A DNA stretch of 64,000 nt. It comes from the human T2T-CHM13v2.0 reference genome, Homo sapiens. A model generated the notes under the pieces. That model was not told the DNA's origin. It made no database searches and worked only from the letters and a program-made list of their open reading frames with translations. The position numbers were made by a program, and so were the translations under genes. The stretch lies in assembly GCF_009914755.1 (NCBI RefSeq), contig NC_060938.1; one strand, 5' to 3'. Of this stretch, positions 26,748 to 42,307 are shown in pieces (the first letter of the stretch is position 1; every line of letters starts with the position of its first letter).

Positions 26748-29163
26748 CACACTTATGTCTTTATTTGTGCTGTAGTTATCTCAGTAACCTATTAGCAACA
26801 TTTTGCCTCCTTCACAGAATTGTCTCTTCCTACTGCCAACCATAACTTCCTCATAGGAGCTGCTTTGTTCATGCTGGAGTCACTTTCCTTTGAGTTAAAT
26901 TTTATAGGTACATTATCAATCTCTAAGCCAATCAATCTCTTCCCTGGGCAAACTGAAGCAGTGTCTGGGCAGGTGTCAAAACTATCTGTCTGTCTGTCTG
27001 TCTATCTATCTACATATTTCCCACGCAAAGGACGTTAGTCTACAAAAAGAGAAAAAGTCTAGCACAGAAACATAGAAAGGTGAAAATTCTGATGGCATTT
27101 CAATTCTTCAGAGCAATATTCTTTTAAGTTGAAGTGACGTATTGGCCTTCCTGGACTTTTGCTATTGAACTCTGCCTCGGATTCTGCAAAAACTCAGTAT
27201 TCTGATTCTATAGGGTTGCTTTTCTCTCATTTTAGACTTTATTTTTGTTTTAGTCTAATTGAATTGATTTTTTTTTTACCTGAAATAGTCCTGTTTTAAA
27301 ATGTATGCTTAAATAGAGCACTATATTTTTTGTTTAATCAAGCCCCAGGTATTAAGTGTTTAGTAAAAGTTTGTTAAATTGAAGTTTATCAAATTGATTG
27401 GATTTAAGATTATTGGACTGATTGAGGTTGCAGGGACTGAGGAAAAAGAAGACCCCACAGTTTTCTTTGATTCATTAATTTCTTTTATTTCCAAAATAAC
27501 CTTAACAGAAAAGGAAATTACAAGCCTGTACAGAAAGATACTTGGCTATTTTTACTGGATTGTATAGCTATAGCTCAGCAGTAAAAAGCAGTCTTTCAAT
27601 CTATTAAGGAAAAAAATATATATATAAAAGACCTGTTGGAACCCAAGCAGTTATACAAAACAGAAATTGACTTGGCCCAGTCCACAGAAATCCTGTTGCT
27701 TTTATTGGAAATGGTTTCCCTTTTAGTAAGTGTTTTTTTTTTCAGTTGCCCAGCCTGGAACTGTAGCTACAGACCCTTGGTTGAGAAAATGGTCACACAG
27801 AGACACTGCCAGGGAATCTTGCCTAAAAGGGAATTCTGGGGAGGAAAGCATGGGTATCTCGCAGTGGGATTGTTGATATAAGAATCCACGTTCATTGCTT
27901 TATACTGTTAGCGGTTGAAAGCTTTTCTTCTTATGAAAATCCATCCACTCTGAGCCTAGTATCTTTCTTTCTCTTTCACAATGTTACTGCTAGAAAAAAG
28001 AAACAAACCCAGAATGTTGGTTTCTTTTCAGATATATTCTGGTGAGCTACTCTACTCAGTGAACTAGTTTCAATGATAACCCACCCCTGGACCATGAATG
28101 GCAATTCAGCAACTGGTCACTTTGAATTATTCATGAAACAGTCAACCTTGACATTCTGAACATTGTGTTTGAGGATAGAAGAACTTGAACAAGAGACCCA
28201 CAATGGTCATTATTAAGAAGCAATAACTGCTATTCAGATGATTACTAGCACCCAGAAAGAGTAATCAAGTCTAAAATGGAACTACTTTACATTTGAAAGA
28301 GTTCCATACAAATGTCTTTGCGAAATATAACTACTTTAGGTGGTATTTATTTTTCATCCTTTTCAATTTATTAGGTATTTTACAGTAGATTTTCTTATCA
28401 TATTACCTTCCAGGCAGATCTTTGGGCTGCAGTCACAGATGTATTTTAGAAGCAGTATATTGAATGAGGGATGTGTAAACAACTCCTAATTGTCCTACAA
28501 GGACATTTGTGACTTTTTTCTCCATGTACTTTATTCATAGAGTTTCAAATAAAAGGGAGAAATGAGAGAGGGCTGCTACATGAAGGAGAGCAGTATTCTT
28601 AGCAAAAAAAAAAAAAAAATCTCTAAATTGCTGAGTTAGAGACATTTCAGCAGATTACTAAGGACATCTGGGCTCAGCAGCATACATATCTTGATAACAC
28701 TGGATTGCATGAATTATAATCTTAATGACTGTGGCTTGAATTAAGCACATACACAATCTCTTACAAATTTCAAGGTCCCCTCGTAATTTACTCATACAAC
28801 CATTTCAGGATGTGATGACTTTGATTAGATGCCAGGTTGTATCAAATAGGATAATCCAGGGGCCAAAGTGTTAAATACGCTATGTAAATTTAACCTAGAT
28901 TATGGTCAAATTTAGGTACCCAATCAAATCTACTACATTTCTACTGTTGTCTGAAAAACAATAAGCTTAATTCTTTGAGGCAGCTCTGGTGCATGTTTAA
29001 TGCAGCTCTAGAATGTGTTTTTAAAAACTATAAAAATCTTTGTTTGGATTTAATGGTTTTATACTAGAATGCAAAGCAAGCCTTATGAAAACAGTATACA
29101 TGACCATTGTTAAAGATACCTGATTACCTTAATGTTCACATTCATCAAGACACATGATAATAT

Positions 29164-29594
29164 TGTTAAATCAAACTAAATATGATCTGAGAAGGACTTC
29201 ATACTTCAATATTTGAGTCTTTGTGGATGAACTGTAACCTAGCTTCATAGGCAGAAGAGATCGAAAACCTAATTTAGGAGTATGTGCTGTAACAATAGCT
29301 ACATCTTGCCCCATCCCAGCAGCCATACTTCAACCACTCATCTACTGCTAACTGTTCAAACTCTGTTCAAATAAGGCAAATGCCAACCTGTAACCAATCC
29401 AGCTGTTTCTGTACCTCACTGTCAATTTCTGTATGTCACTTCCCTTTTTATGTCTGCAAATTTGTTCTGACCACAAGGTATCCTCGGGTTCTCTCAGAAT
29501 CTGCTGTGATTCTGGGGGTTGCCCAGTTTGCGAATTGCTCATTGCTCGATAAAACTTCTTTAAATTTAATTTGCCTGGAGTTTTTCTCTCAACA
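29164..29594 (+). mobile_element. ERV1 solo LTR, MER57A/B type
   Basis: tgttaaatcaaactaaatatgatctgagaaggact...ctgtaaccaatccagctgtttctgtacctcact...aaatttaatttg...caaca. Confidence 0.85.
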
Positions 29595-30066
29595 GAATGG
29601 ATTAATTTAATGTGCATATCAGGATGGCCTCTATTACCATGATTATCTTACAGTCTTTGATTCTGGGAGATTTCAAAAAATTTCTGAAGATCACCACCAC
29701 TTAGGAGATATTTATGATTTTCTACCACTAAAAATAATTTCCCTTTAATTTATGTTTCAAGGTTTTATTAAAACATATATGCTGGAATTGGGAGCACTTT
29801 AAGCAGTTATCAATCAGATAGTTTAATTAAAATTAATTCCAGAACTTTCAATAAAAGCGAATGTTTATTGTGGAAACCATGGAAAAATCTTAATGAGAGA
29901 GGAAAAGGAAATTTCAATTAGAGAGAAAACGGTCAAGATAAAGATAGAAGAGATTAGGAAAATGTCCTAAATCACAATTGTTCCTTCTTTGAAACTACAC
30001 AAAAGTGCTTATAAGTCTATTGGGTTTGCTTTTCTATTTTATTTTAAATAATAGGTTTATAATGGT

Positions 30067-30371
30067 TTGATTCTTTTGTTGTTTTTTGAGACAGGGTCTC
30101 ACTCTGTCGCCCAGGCTGGAGTATAGTGGTGTGATCTCGGCTTATTGCAACCTCTGCCTCCCGGGTTCAAGCGATTCTTCTGCCTCAGCCTCCTGAGTAG
30201 TTGGGAGTACGGATGTGTGTCACCACGCTGGGCTATTTTTTTTCTATTTTTAGTAGAGATGAGGTTTCACTGTATTGGACAGGCTGGTCTCGAACTCCTG
30301 GCCTCATGTGATCCACCCGCCTCGGTATCCCAACGTGCTGGGATTACAGGCTTGAGCCACCATGCCCGCCC
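30067..30371 (-). mobile_element. AluS-type, full length
   Basis: gcaacctctgcctcccgggttcaagcgattct; flanking tag(g/a)tttataatggt repeat. Confidence 0.96.
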
Positions 30372-30494
30372 AATAGTAGATTTATAATGGTGAAAATAAA
30401 TGAGGAAGAACACCTCATTGGTAAAAAGGAAGCACAATAATGTGTTACTCTCCTAGAGATAGGAAGCTGAAAACATAATCTTTTACTCATTGAC

Positions 30495-30980
30495 TTAACC
30501 TGGCCTAAAAGACTCTTCCTGATCTGCATGTCACTTTACTCCACAGAGCTTATCTTCCACCACTCTTTCCTTATCCATTTTCCAGCCACATTTTCCATCT
30601 TCCACTCCTTCTAGAATGTGCTCTAGAATCATTCTCACTTATAGGACTTTTATAGGAGTTACTTTGACCATCTGCTGCAAAAATTGTAACCCCATCATTA
30701 AGGCTGATCCTTTTCAGCATTTAGATATCATATCAAATATTTCCCTAGAGACATCTTTTTTTGACTACTTTGATTTAAAAAAAACTCCAATTCTTTATTT
30801 TCAAATGACTTATTTTATATCTTTAGAAATGGTACCATTCCTTTGAAATTAATGACTGATTTATATAAAGCAGGTAAACATCACAAATGTATGAACATTT
30901 CCTTGTCTATTAATATATTTCTAGTATCTAGAAAAGTGGCTGACAAATATCAGGGACTCAATAAATGTTTGATAATGGAG
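30495..30980 (+). mobile_element. L2 3' fragment
   Basis: Pyrimidine-rich L2 body ending ctagaaaagtggctgacaaata...actcaataaatgtttga. Confidence 0.65.
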
Positions 30981-31129
30981 ACATGATTATATTCAGATCC
31001 ATGACTCTATGATTAGATGTTAAAAAATTTTGGAAGTGTTTGTTGTGGTTAGCATTAACTGTTTACCTTGGTCTATTTATTTAATCATTACTTATTCTTA
31101 AAATGTTTTCCTGAACTAACTTAGCATTG

Positions 31130-31800
31130 TAAACAGGACTGCATTCTCTAAGCTGTGGAGAGCCATAGAAATATTTTAATAAAGTAATGTAGTAGTTTGT
31201 CATATATGTATATACATACACACATATATGTGTGTGTATGTTTGTGTTGTGTGTGTATGTGTTTCTTAGTAGATAATTCTGATATCTGAAAAGAGAGGGA
31301 GTTTAAAGCAGGAAAGTCCAACCACTGTGGTAGTTTCAGCGACAGATGATAAAAGTAGGAAGTGAACAGATCTCAGATATTCTTTAGAGGTAAAGCTATC
31401 AGGACTTGCTAAATGATAGAAAGAGATTTTATGGATGGCTCTTAGGATTTGGATGACAGCCATTGTTGGTGTCACGAATTGATTAAATGAATGCAAGTAG
31501 TATGTATGAATTTAGTCTTTGACAAGTTGAGTTTAGGCCCTTTGGAACATCCATATGGAGATGTCCACGAGACAGTTGGAAACAGTTGTTTGAAGCTCAG
31601 GAGAACTGCCTTTATGAGAAGATGTATATTTGGAAGTAATTAGTTACTGTAAGAATATAATGAACAGAGAAAGAAGAATACACAGAGACAGAGAAGGGAA
31701 GTGAAGAGAGATATTAAATAAAACAATGTGAATAATTTCCAAAAAGATGACTTTATTAATGTTATCAAATGTAGTAAATGAAAGTGAAGTGTGATTAAGA
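31130..31800 (-). mobile_element. L2 fragment with (TA)/(TG) microsatellite at 31201-31263
   Basis: gaggtaaagctatcaggacttgct, ttgacaagttgagtttagg...acatccatatggagatgtcca...gacagttgga. Confidence 0.65.
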
Positions 31801-32334
31801 GTGAAAAACTATTAGAGTATATAAACATGCAATTCCTAGTTGCATGTTTATACAGAATCAAGAATTTACTACAAAATATACTAGTATGAGGCATTTTACA
31901 GAATACTCTTTTCCCAGACTCTTGGGAAAAAAATCCTTCTGTGCTTTTTCATTTCCCATACAAGGTATGATAACTTAGAATGAGTGTTCTGCAGTTATTC
32001 TGTTCCATGTTCTTCTTACCAGTTCAAAGTAATTAACAGATATTGCTGTAATTAATGAGAACACATTGTGCAGGTGGGAGAATATTAGATAGAAATAGAA
32101 CATGAATCAATGAAATCTGAAAACACTGATAGATGTTCATCAATTTCTAAGGAAACTTTAGTTTCAGTACTCATGGCAATGAAACAGGAATATTATCTAT
32201 GCACAAGGCAGCTAGGATCTATCTCAGAAATGGAAATATTGTGCCTGGGAAAGGATGAGCAACAGGCTAAGACTGTGAATATCAGGATCTTCCAAACAGC
32301 ATAACCCAACAGCTACCCAATATGATGCTGATTG

Positions 32335-32907
32335 TGTTACCAGAACAGGGTCCTGATCCAGATCCTGAGAGAGGGTTCTTGGATCTCACCCAAGAAGGAA
32401 TTCAAAGTGAGTCCATAGAATAAAGTGAAAGCAAGTTTATTAGGAAAGTAAAGGAATAAAAGAATGGCTACTCCATAGGCAGATCAGCCCCAAGGGCTGC
32501 TGGTTGTTGATTTTTATGGTTATTTCTTGATTATGTGCTAAAGAAGGGGTGGATTATTTCATGCCTCCCCTTTTTAGACCACAGAGGGTAACTTCCTGAC
32601 ATTGCCATGGTATTCGTAAACTGTCATAGCACTGGTGGGAGTGTAGCAGAGAGGATGACCAGAGGCACTCTCGTCGCCATCTTGGTATTAGTGGGTTTTG
32701 GCCAGCTTCTCTACTGGAACCTGTTTTGTCAGCCAGTCTTTATGACCTGCATCTTGTGGCGACCTCCTAGCTCATCCTGTGACTTACCTAGCTCATCCTG
32801 TGACTTAGACTGTGTAACTGGGAATGCATGCAGCCCAGTAGGTCTCAGCCTTATTTTATCCAGCCCCTATTTAAGATGGAGTTGCTCTGGTTCAAACACC
32901 TCTGACA
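32335..32907 (-). mobile_element. ERV1 solo LTR MER41 (MER41A type)
   Basis: tgttaccagaacagggtcctgatccagatcc...aaagtgaaagcaagtttatta...aagatggagttgctctggttcaaacacctctgaca; TSD attg/attc; the GAS-motif segment of MER41B is absent. Confidence 0.9.
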
Positions 32908-33319
32908 ATTCCATCTTCAGTAATGTGCATCACTGTGTTGAATACAGAGATCTCATTTACTTGGTCACCTCAAGACAAAATCTCTTCAGTGTTCCCAATA
33001 GTAAAATAATTCTTCATGCCGCTATTTAAAACTAGCCAGGAAATTCTTCTAGATCTACTATCCTTCCCATTGTATTTGGTTGTCCACCCAAAACAAACAA
33101 TGTTATCCTATAAAACTCATCAAGTCAAAAGTGCTTTGAAAAGAAAAGGTAAATCCAATACCAACAAGTAGCAAAACATAATAAAGGGTAGAAATCAACA
33201 GAATAGAAAATAAAAATAAAGGAAATCCACAAACTGGGTATCTGTAACTGGATATAAACATGCCCTTCAAAGTTGTCTTTTCTTTGAGTCTTTTGTTTCA
33301 CCTGTGTTTTCTATGTCTG

Positions 33320-33760
33320 TGACATTTTTGCTATTCCTACATTCCCTTTTTCACCAAAGCCTAAAATTAGTTCATCCTTTCGCTCACCATCAACATATGA
33401 TCAGTTACCAAATCCTGTAGCTACTACCTCCTTAATAACTCTTTTACCAGTGACCACTCAGCTTCCATTGACAGCATTTTAGTGGAATCCAGCTCCTTCT
33501 GCTCCTAGATTATTACAATGGCTTTTTGCTATCTATTCTCCTTGCTCCAAGAAAGTTCTAAAATGAATCCATAATTCACATTGCTTTCAGAATAATCTTT
33601 TCAAAATGAAAAATCTGATCTTACTTCTTTCCTGCTTAGAATCCTGCAGTGATTCTCTAGGATATTAAGTGTATATTTCAAACTCTTTAGCTGAATACAT
33701 GGTGCCATTTCTAACGTGGAATCTGCGTGTTTTTTGAACTCATATCCTTCTAGTATTTAT
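33320..33760 (+). mobile_element. L2 fragment
   Basis: atcagttaccaaatcctgtagctactacctcc, cctagattattacaatggc, aaaatctgatcttacttctttcctgcttagaatcctgcagtg. Confidence 0.65.
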
Positions 33761-34228
33761 TTAAATCTTCCCTCTGGAATCTTGAGTCACCGATTTTAGA
33801 TTAAAGCTATACATTTCTTTGTAAGCATCATTTTAGTTGCAACCTGAAAAACTGAATATGCTGTATTTTATCATTTAGTTAATTGCAGTTTCTAATCCTT
33901 GTGTAATTTCTTCTTTATGCCATAGATTATAACTATTCTGCATAATTTTCAAATATTTGTATTTTTCTAAATATTTTATTATTTGTGATCCCATTCCATT
34001 TATAATAGAGAACTTATTCTATATGATTCTAACGTTTTGAAATATCTTGAAAATATTTTTATGGACCAGCATATAATTTATCTTGATAAATCTACCATAT
34101 GTACTTGCAAAAAATGTGTACTTCGTCATTGTTGTGAGTATTGCTTTTGGAATATCAGTAAGGTCAAGGTAGTGGGATAACGTTGTTCCGATTTCTATGT
34201 CTTTACTTTTTAAAAAAATAAAAGTCTA

Positions 34229-34540
<312 letters not shown>

Positions 34541-35000
34541 AAAAATGTCTAGTTCTATCAATTGCTGAAAGATGTATTAGCATTGTTAACCATGTTTGTG
34601 AAATTGGCTCTTCTTTATTTTGCAAATTTTTTCTTCATGATTTTAAAGTTCTGCTATCAGGTAAATATAGATTTATGATTGGTTTTTGTTCTTGACAAAC
34701 TGACTGTTTTATCAGTAATAAATGTCTATGCTCTAAATCTATTTTATATATTAATATAGCTAGCCACTTCAGCTTTCTAATTCATACTGTCTGTGTGATA
34801 CATACTGTATCCATTCATTTAATAGCTCTCATGCATAGAGTTTAGTGTTGATTTTTTAAATCAGTTCTGACATTCTTAATTTTTTTATTGAAATGAATTT
34901 ATTAACATTTAACTTAATTATCAATATAATTGGATTTAGCTCTAACTTACTACATTTGTTTTCTGTTTGTCCCTCTTCCATTTTTTTTGTCCTTTTCCTT

Positions 35001-35243
35001 CAAAACAAGCAATATTCTCCTATAAAACTCATCCAACATTGAAAAGTTGAGTAGGAATTGCTTTGAAAAATGACTAAATCTAGGCCAAACAAGAAGGAAA
35101 CAAATAATAAAGAGCAGAAATCAACAGAATAGAAAATAAAAATAAAGAAAATCCACAAACTAGTTATCCGTAACTGTTTATAAACATGCCCCTCAAAGTT
35201 GTCTTTTCCTTGAGTCTCTTATTTCACCTGTGTTTTCTATATC
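35001..35243. repeat. Dispersed direct duplicate of 33089-33317
   Basis: Shared blocks such as cctataaaactcatc, agaaatcaacagaatagaaaataaaaataaag, tataaacatgccc-tcaaagttgtcttttc, tttcacctgtgttttctat. Confidence 0.92.
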
Positions 35244-38200
35244 AGTTTTTGTCCTTCTATCTCTCATTTCCTGGCTTCTTTTCTGTTATTTGGATTTTAT
35301 TCATATTTCATTTTAGTTTATATATTAGATTGCTAATTTTTACATTTTTAAGTGATACTTAAGGAATAACACAACTTAAACTTTTAGTCTGCTTAGAGTT
35401 AATATTTTATCAGTTCATGCAAAATGCAGAAATCTTGTAACTCTTTAGGACCCTTGATCTTTATGCTCTTGGGTCATTTGTATTATATATACATATAATT
35501 ATAAATTTATATTATATTAAGTAGCCATATACATTTTTAAACTGAGGGAAAAAATAGTATCTTATATTTATGTAATATTTATCATTTCTGACATTCTTCA
35601 TTTCTTCCTGAGGATACAAATTTCCACATCCTATCAGATCCCCTCACGCTGAAGAATGTCTTTTAACATTTCTTGTATTGAAGATCTCCAGATGATACAT
35701 TCACTTATTTTTCTTTTATCTGAAAATGTCACACCATCCGTTTTGAAAGATATTTATGCAGATATGGAATTCTGGCTTAGCAGTGTTTGAGTTTTAGAAC
35801 TTTAAAGATACGTATTGCTGTATTCCCATTTTTATTGTTTCTAGTTAGTCTTTGGCCATTCACATAATTTTCTCCCTCTATGTAAGTTATTGTTTTTCTT
35901 AGGCTGCTAGCGAGATTTTTCTCTGGTTCTCAACAGTTGGCTATGGAATACTTAGTTATGGTTTTCCTCATATTTATCCTTCTTGAATTTTACTGAGGCT
36001 CTTGACTGCAAATTTATGTTTCTCACCGGATTTCAGAAAATTTCAGGCCATAATATATGTTTATATTATTCAGGCAATAAATATATATTTTGATCTATTG
36101 TCTATCAACTCTGGGATTCTAATCACACACATGTAAGACTTTCTTTTAATGTTCTGTTATCCCACCGGTCCCTGAAGCTCTCTTCACTATTCCTTTTATT
36201 CCTTCTTTCTTTTTCAGATGAGATATGTTCTATTAATCTATCTTTTTAGTTAGTGATTCTTTTAAAAGTCCTCACTATTTTTCTGCTAAGACCATCCTGT
36301 GCACTTTTAATGTCAAATGCTGCATTTTTCAGTTTTAAAATTTCCATTTGCATCTTTTCATTGTTTCTGTCTTGCTTTTGAGGTCTTCTATCTTTTTATT
36401 CATTATAAGTTTATTTCCTCCTTTCAAATCTAGTTATATCTGCTTTAAAGTCCTAGTCTAAAAGTTCTGTCATCTGAGTTATCCATTGTTTGTTGATTAT
36501 TTTTTCTTGAGAATAGGTCACATTTTCCAAGTTGCTTGTATGCTTAATAGTTTTGAATTATATTCTAGAATTTTAAATATTATATTATTAAGACTCTAGA
36601 TTCCATATTATTCCTTGAGAATGTTGGTATTTGTCTTGTGGTACACAATCAATAATGTTTGATTCAATTTGAAAACCTCAGCTTTTGGATACAAAGGATT
36701 TGCATTTAGTAATTCGGATTTAATATGGTTGCTAGCAATTTGTCTCACCTTTGTGCATTTCTGGTTTCAACCAGAGGTTTGAGAAGAGTTTACACATAGA
36801 ATCTGGCGATCTCTTTCTCTGGTCCTGTATCCTTCAGGATTAGCCCTTCATATTCTAATGACTGTGGTTGCCTTAAATTATGACTTCTGGTACTTTAGGC
36901 CAGAAAGGCTGTGTATTTTCTTTCTGAATTTCCGCCAGCAATTAGGGAGCTAACTATATCTTGCCCTCTAGCTCAAAAAGCCACAAGAATGAGTAATTCA
37001 TTCTACCTACTCTCTTTTTCTGGAGTTAGACTCTCCATCAGAAGATGTCCCTGATTTTGCACATACTTCAGAGACCCTCGGTAGGTTGTTTTTATTTTTG
37101 TGTGTGTATGTGTTTAAATTTTGTTTGTTTTGTTTTTTGGTTTAACATTTATAGGAATCTATTTAATTATATCAATAGCACAACACAGATATTCAATTTG
37201 TATTTTGTCGTACACTTTAGCAACAAGAGAAAGAAGCCTAGAGTTAGATATAAAATTCATTCCAATCACCAGTTGCTATTAAGTTAGATGTGAGAATTTT
37301 CAGATGCTACCTGGGGTCAAATAAGACTCTACTTTCAATTTTGAACCTAACTTCTGGTTTCGAAGCTTGTAATCAAAATATGACTGTTAAAATATGTTTT
37401 AAAAAAGTGATTTTTTTCTGGAAATTATTACACAATTTTATAATCTTCTTTTACATACTTAGATATGTTTATGTAAAAAAACCCTTTTGTTTGACAGTTA
37501 TTTGCAATCGCATAGGTATCCCACCAAGGTACTGATTTTTATTTACCTTATATAAAGAGCAACTTTTTATTATATTTAGCATTTATATTAATGAAATAAG
37601 ACCTGCCTTGTGAGAGAATCATTCCGTGAAACATAGCCTCAGTATAATAACCTGGTAGCTATCCAAGGGATTGGGGGGAGAATGATTAACATGGAAATGG
37701 GAAACGCTGATAGCATCTTCTTTAGACTCTAAGCTTATTAAATGGTGAAATTGTAGCTTCACTATTTTCATCTCTAGCATCTAGTTCCATGAAATGTGTA
37801 CACTGCATTGGGTAAATTTTGAGAAAGCAAAATCTCATGAAGAACAATTTTTGTTTATTAAATAATAATTTCTTGATTCAGTCTGAAACACTTTATTTTA
37901 TACCAGGGTTTGAAATTTAATAATAACTATAGTCAGGTAAGTGAATTTGTTTGACTGTAAGTGACATTTTCTACAAAATGCCAATAATGTTAGCTCACTA
38001 AGTGTACAAGTAATATAAGATAATGTAGGTGAAATTGTTTTTGAAGTATCAAATTGCTAACAAATGGTAGGCACGATATCTGTGTATGACACAGTATGCT
38101 AGGTTGTCTAGATAACACAAAGTAGTCAAGATAATGTTCATTGCAACACAGAAGTTGCACACAAGACTTGGATGAAAATGTAAGCCTATAAATATTTATT

Positions 38201-40463
38201 GAACTTCTACCTATGCCTGTGAGACTCACGTGTCCAAGTGAATTGTCTGTGATTGAAGATCCGAGTAACATTCCTATGAGGTGATATCTACAATCTCTAG
38301 AATATAAAATTTGTGATGTATTTTTTGCCTTTTGGAGCTTCATGCTTTGCTGTTCCCTTCCTTTCTTGGCTTTCAAATACTCAAGGAAACTGAATATACA
38401 AAATATTTTATATACATTTATATGGTTACTCTAATGTGTGTATATATTTACCCATTTATTACTTATATATTAAAGATTATTTTTAAGATGTTAAAAAAAG
38501 CAATCAATTTCATGGGAGAACATAACAGTCCTCTCTCAGGCTCTTGTTGTGTCGTACTCTTAGAGAATAAAGTAAAATATGGCTAGTGCCTTGCAATTGT
38601 ACTAAGGATTTCCAGGGGTACAAACCTCTTACTATGATTCTCAAGCAAGGTCTCCATGCTTGAGTTCTCCATTAACTTTCCTTCTCCATTATGTACTTCC
38701 ATATGTGGGCAAAACTAAACTCTGTCTGAGAATCCTTTAAAAAGTGACTTGAGATTCCTGTTTTAAAGCAATAAATTTTGTTTTTCTGATTCTAAGTTAC
38801 AAGTAAACAACTTAGAAATTAGAGTTTAGAATTTAGTTCCAAAAATATCTTCTCTGTGAGTCTTGCTCCTTTTCTTTCCTATTTAAAGACCTAGCTAAGT
38901 AATTTTCTTTAAACAAATCAAACACTACGTAGTCCTAACTACATGTTTAACTACAGCAGTGGACTTGGTGAACATGCTGTTTTTAAGTGGATTCTGTTCT
39001 AAGGATTTCAGTGTAACTGATGCATTATTACCAGAACATTTGCTTACCTCCTTTTCTTAACTACAGCTTGAGGGAGAAAATATGTTTGTTTCTTTATTCT
39101 TTTTTTTTTGTTAGCTCCCCATATACTAACAACCCACCATACCAGGACACAGGCTTCTGTCTTAAGTGCACTGGCTTCTTAGGCCTTTTCAGCCTGTCCT
39201 CTGGAAATGGTTTGGATCCCTGTGTCTTGAAGATTAATTCCAATTTTCACGTTGATGAAAAGGTCTTCCAGTTTCATTGTGACCTTTATATCATTGAATA
39301 GACATCTCATTGCTAAAGTAAATTTATACATAATATATCTCAGCTTTAAGATTCTTGGATTTTAATTAGAGGATGAAACATAAATCAGAATTCAGGCTAC
39401 AGTGGTTACACAGGGCTGTCCTTTTGTTTGTTTCTTATTAGACTAACAATGCCAATCACAGCTTGCAAACATAAATACTCTACACCATATTCCTGTTCAT
39501 TCTTGAGAAATACTTTGTACAATGTTCTCTTTTGTATCAGCTAAAGGAGACATTTTCAGCATTGAGGCATTCTGGAGCAAAATGTATATTAAAGTGTCCC
39601 ACTAAAAATAAGTTCAAAATGTCTTACCTGTCTGGCTTCCTCTTTTCCTCCTTCCATTTTTAATATACAGAATGATGAGTAAAGGAAAAAAACATGAATT
39701 GTGGTATGTATGTTTTTACTCACTGTATTTTAGGGATGTTAAAAATCTGCTTGGCTTTTGTAACACATTTAATTGCTCATCTATACGTGTGTGTGTGTGT
39801 ACATATATAAATATATATATATGAAAACATGTTTAAATGTATAGTTTCTAAGTTTAGTGATGTATTATAATGGTGTGTTTTTGGAAAACAAAAAAAAAGA
39901 GTATATTTTTGGAAAATATGCCGAGGTTTAATGGTATATTTTTGGAAAACCAGGGAAAATATGAAACACCTGCTACTATACCAGCCTGTTTACATGTTCA
40001 GATCTATTCTTAGGCAGCTAGAGAACCACCAAATGCAGTAGTGTACAAAGAACCACAATGCATTTAGAATTAGCCACAAAACAAATAGGACATCCACCCA
40101 TCCAGGCAAAAAAAAAAAAAAAAAAAAAAAAATTGATCTGCTGTGGCAAAAAGGAAAATGTTCTGTGACAATATGAAATTCCAAGGCATAATTAGTGTCA
40201 ACATGCCCATGATTTCCTGCCAGCCAAGTAAAAATGTCAAAAGTATCTTCCTTTAAATAATGCATTCTATTTTGTTTTATTGAAATTGATCCTGAAATGT
40301 ATAGCTGACAAAGTCTCACTGTATTGTTAATACAGATTACCTTTGGGGAGAGGAGTGAAGGAATGGAGAAAAGCAAAGGGTAATTTTCACACATTTCTGT
40401 GTGTTTTAGAATTTTTAAATTTATTGAGAACTTAGACACATGTAACTATTGTAAAAAGAAAGA

Positions 40464-40495
40464 ATAGATAGATAGATAGATAGATAGATATAGAT
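40464..40495. repeat. (GATA)n microsatellite
   Basis: atagatagatagatagatagatagatatagat. Confidence 0.92.
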
Positions 40496-40851
40496 TTGAA
40501 TGAACATATTAGAAAAGGGAATTCTAGTTAATTATTTAAATCACTTTTTTTTCTAATACTCTTCCCATGTGCAAGGGAATGTGATTGGCATCAGTAATCC
40601 ATTATTTTTTTAAAAAATACCCAGGAAAGCCTGAATAGAGGTATTCATAAATGTTTAGGGAGCACAGAGGAGAAAGATACACAGGGAGCTGAAATGCCAG
40701 GAGGAGGCAATGACAACTGCTAGCTTGCTGAGCACCATGGAAAAAAACAACATAGCTGGGTTGAATGCAAAGGAGCACAATCCAGACAAAGAGAAAAGCG
40801 TGTGTAAAGCATGTATTGGAAAACATTATGGGGACTTTTCAAGACCATATT

Positions 40852-41159
<308 letters not shown>

Positions 41160-41496
41160 TCATATTGCCCATCCAAGAGGAAACTAAGAAAGTATATTTT
41201 CAGGAAAGTGACATGGAATGAAACTACATGCACACACCAGAGTCTTTGCACATTAACTAGGGATCTAATATTAATTCTGGGCCAGGAAGTGAGGGCTTGG
41301 AAAAAACAATAAGCAGAAGACTAAAAAATCAGATGTACATTTCATGGTGCCTGAGGATCACAGCCTACTGACCCCCCAGTATTTATCTGTACTTCATCTG
41401 ATGCCAAAACCATTGATATTTTGACTAATTGTGATGCAACTACCTGGCAGAGATTACCAGTGTCCTGTTTCTCATCTGCAAAGGATTGTTCTTTAG

Positions 41497-42307
<811 letters not shown>

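Noticed and set aside
32607-33029. 140-aa ORF with PSSSCDL repeat
   Set aside because: Antisense frame of the MER41 LTR; the repeat is the 21-bp duplication
39990-40439. Longest ORF in the track (149 aa, minus strand)
   Set aside because: Runs through a poly-T tract (poly-Phe), no recognisable domain, no supporting gene structure
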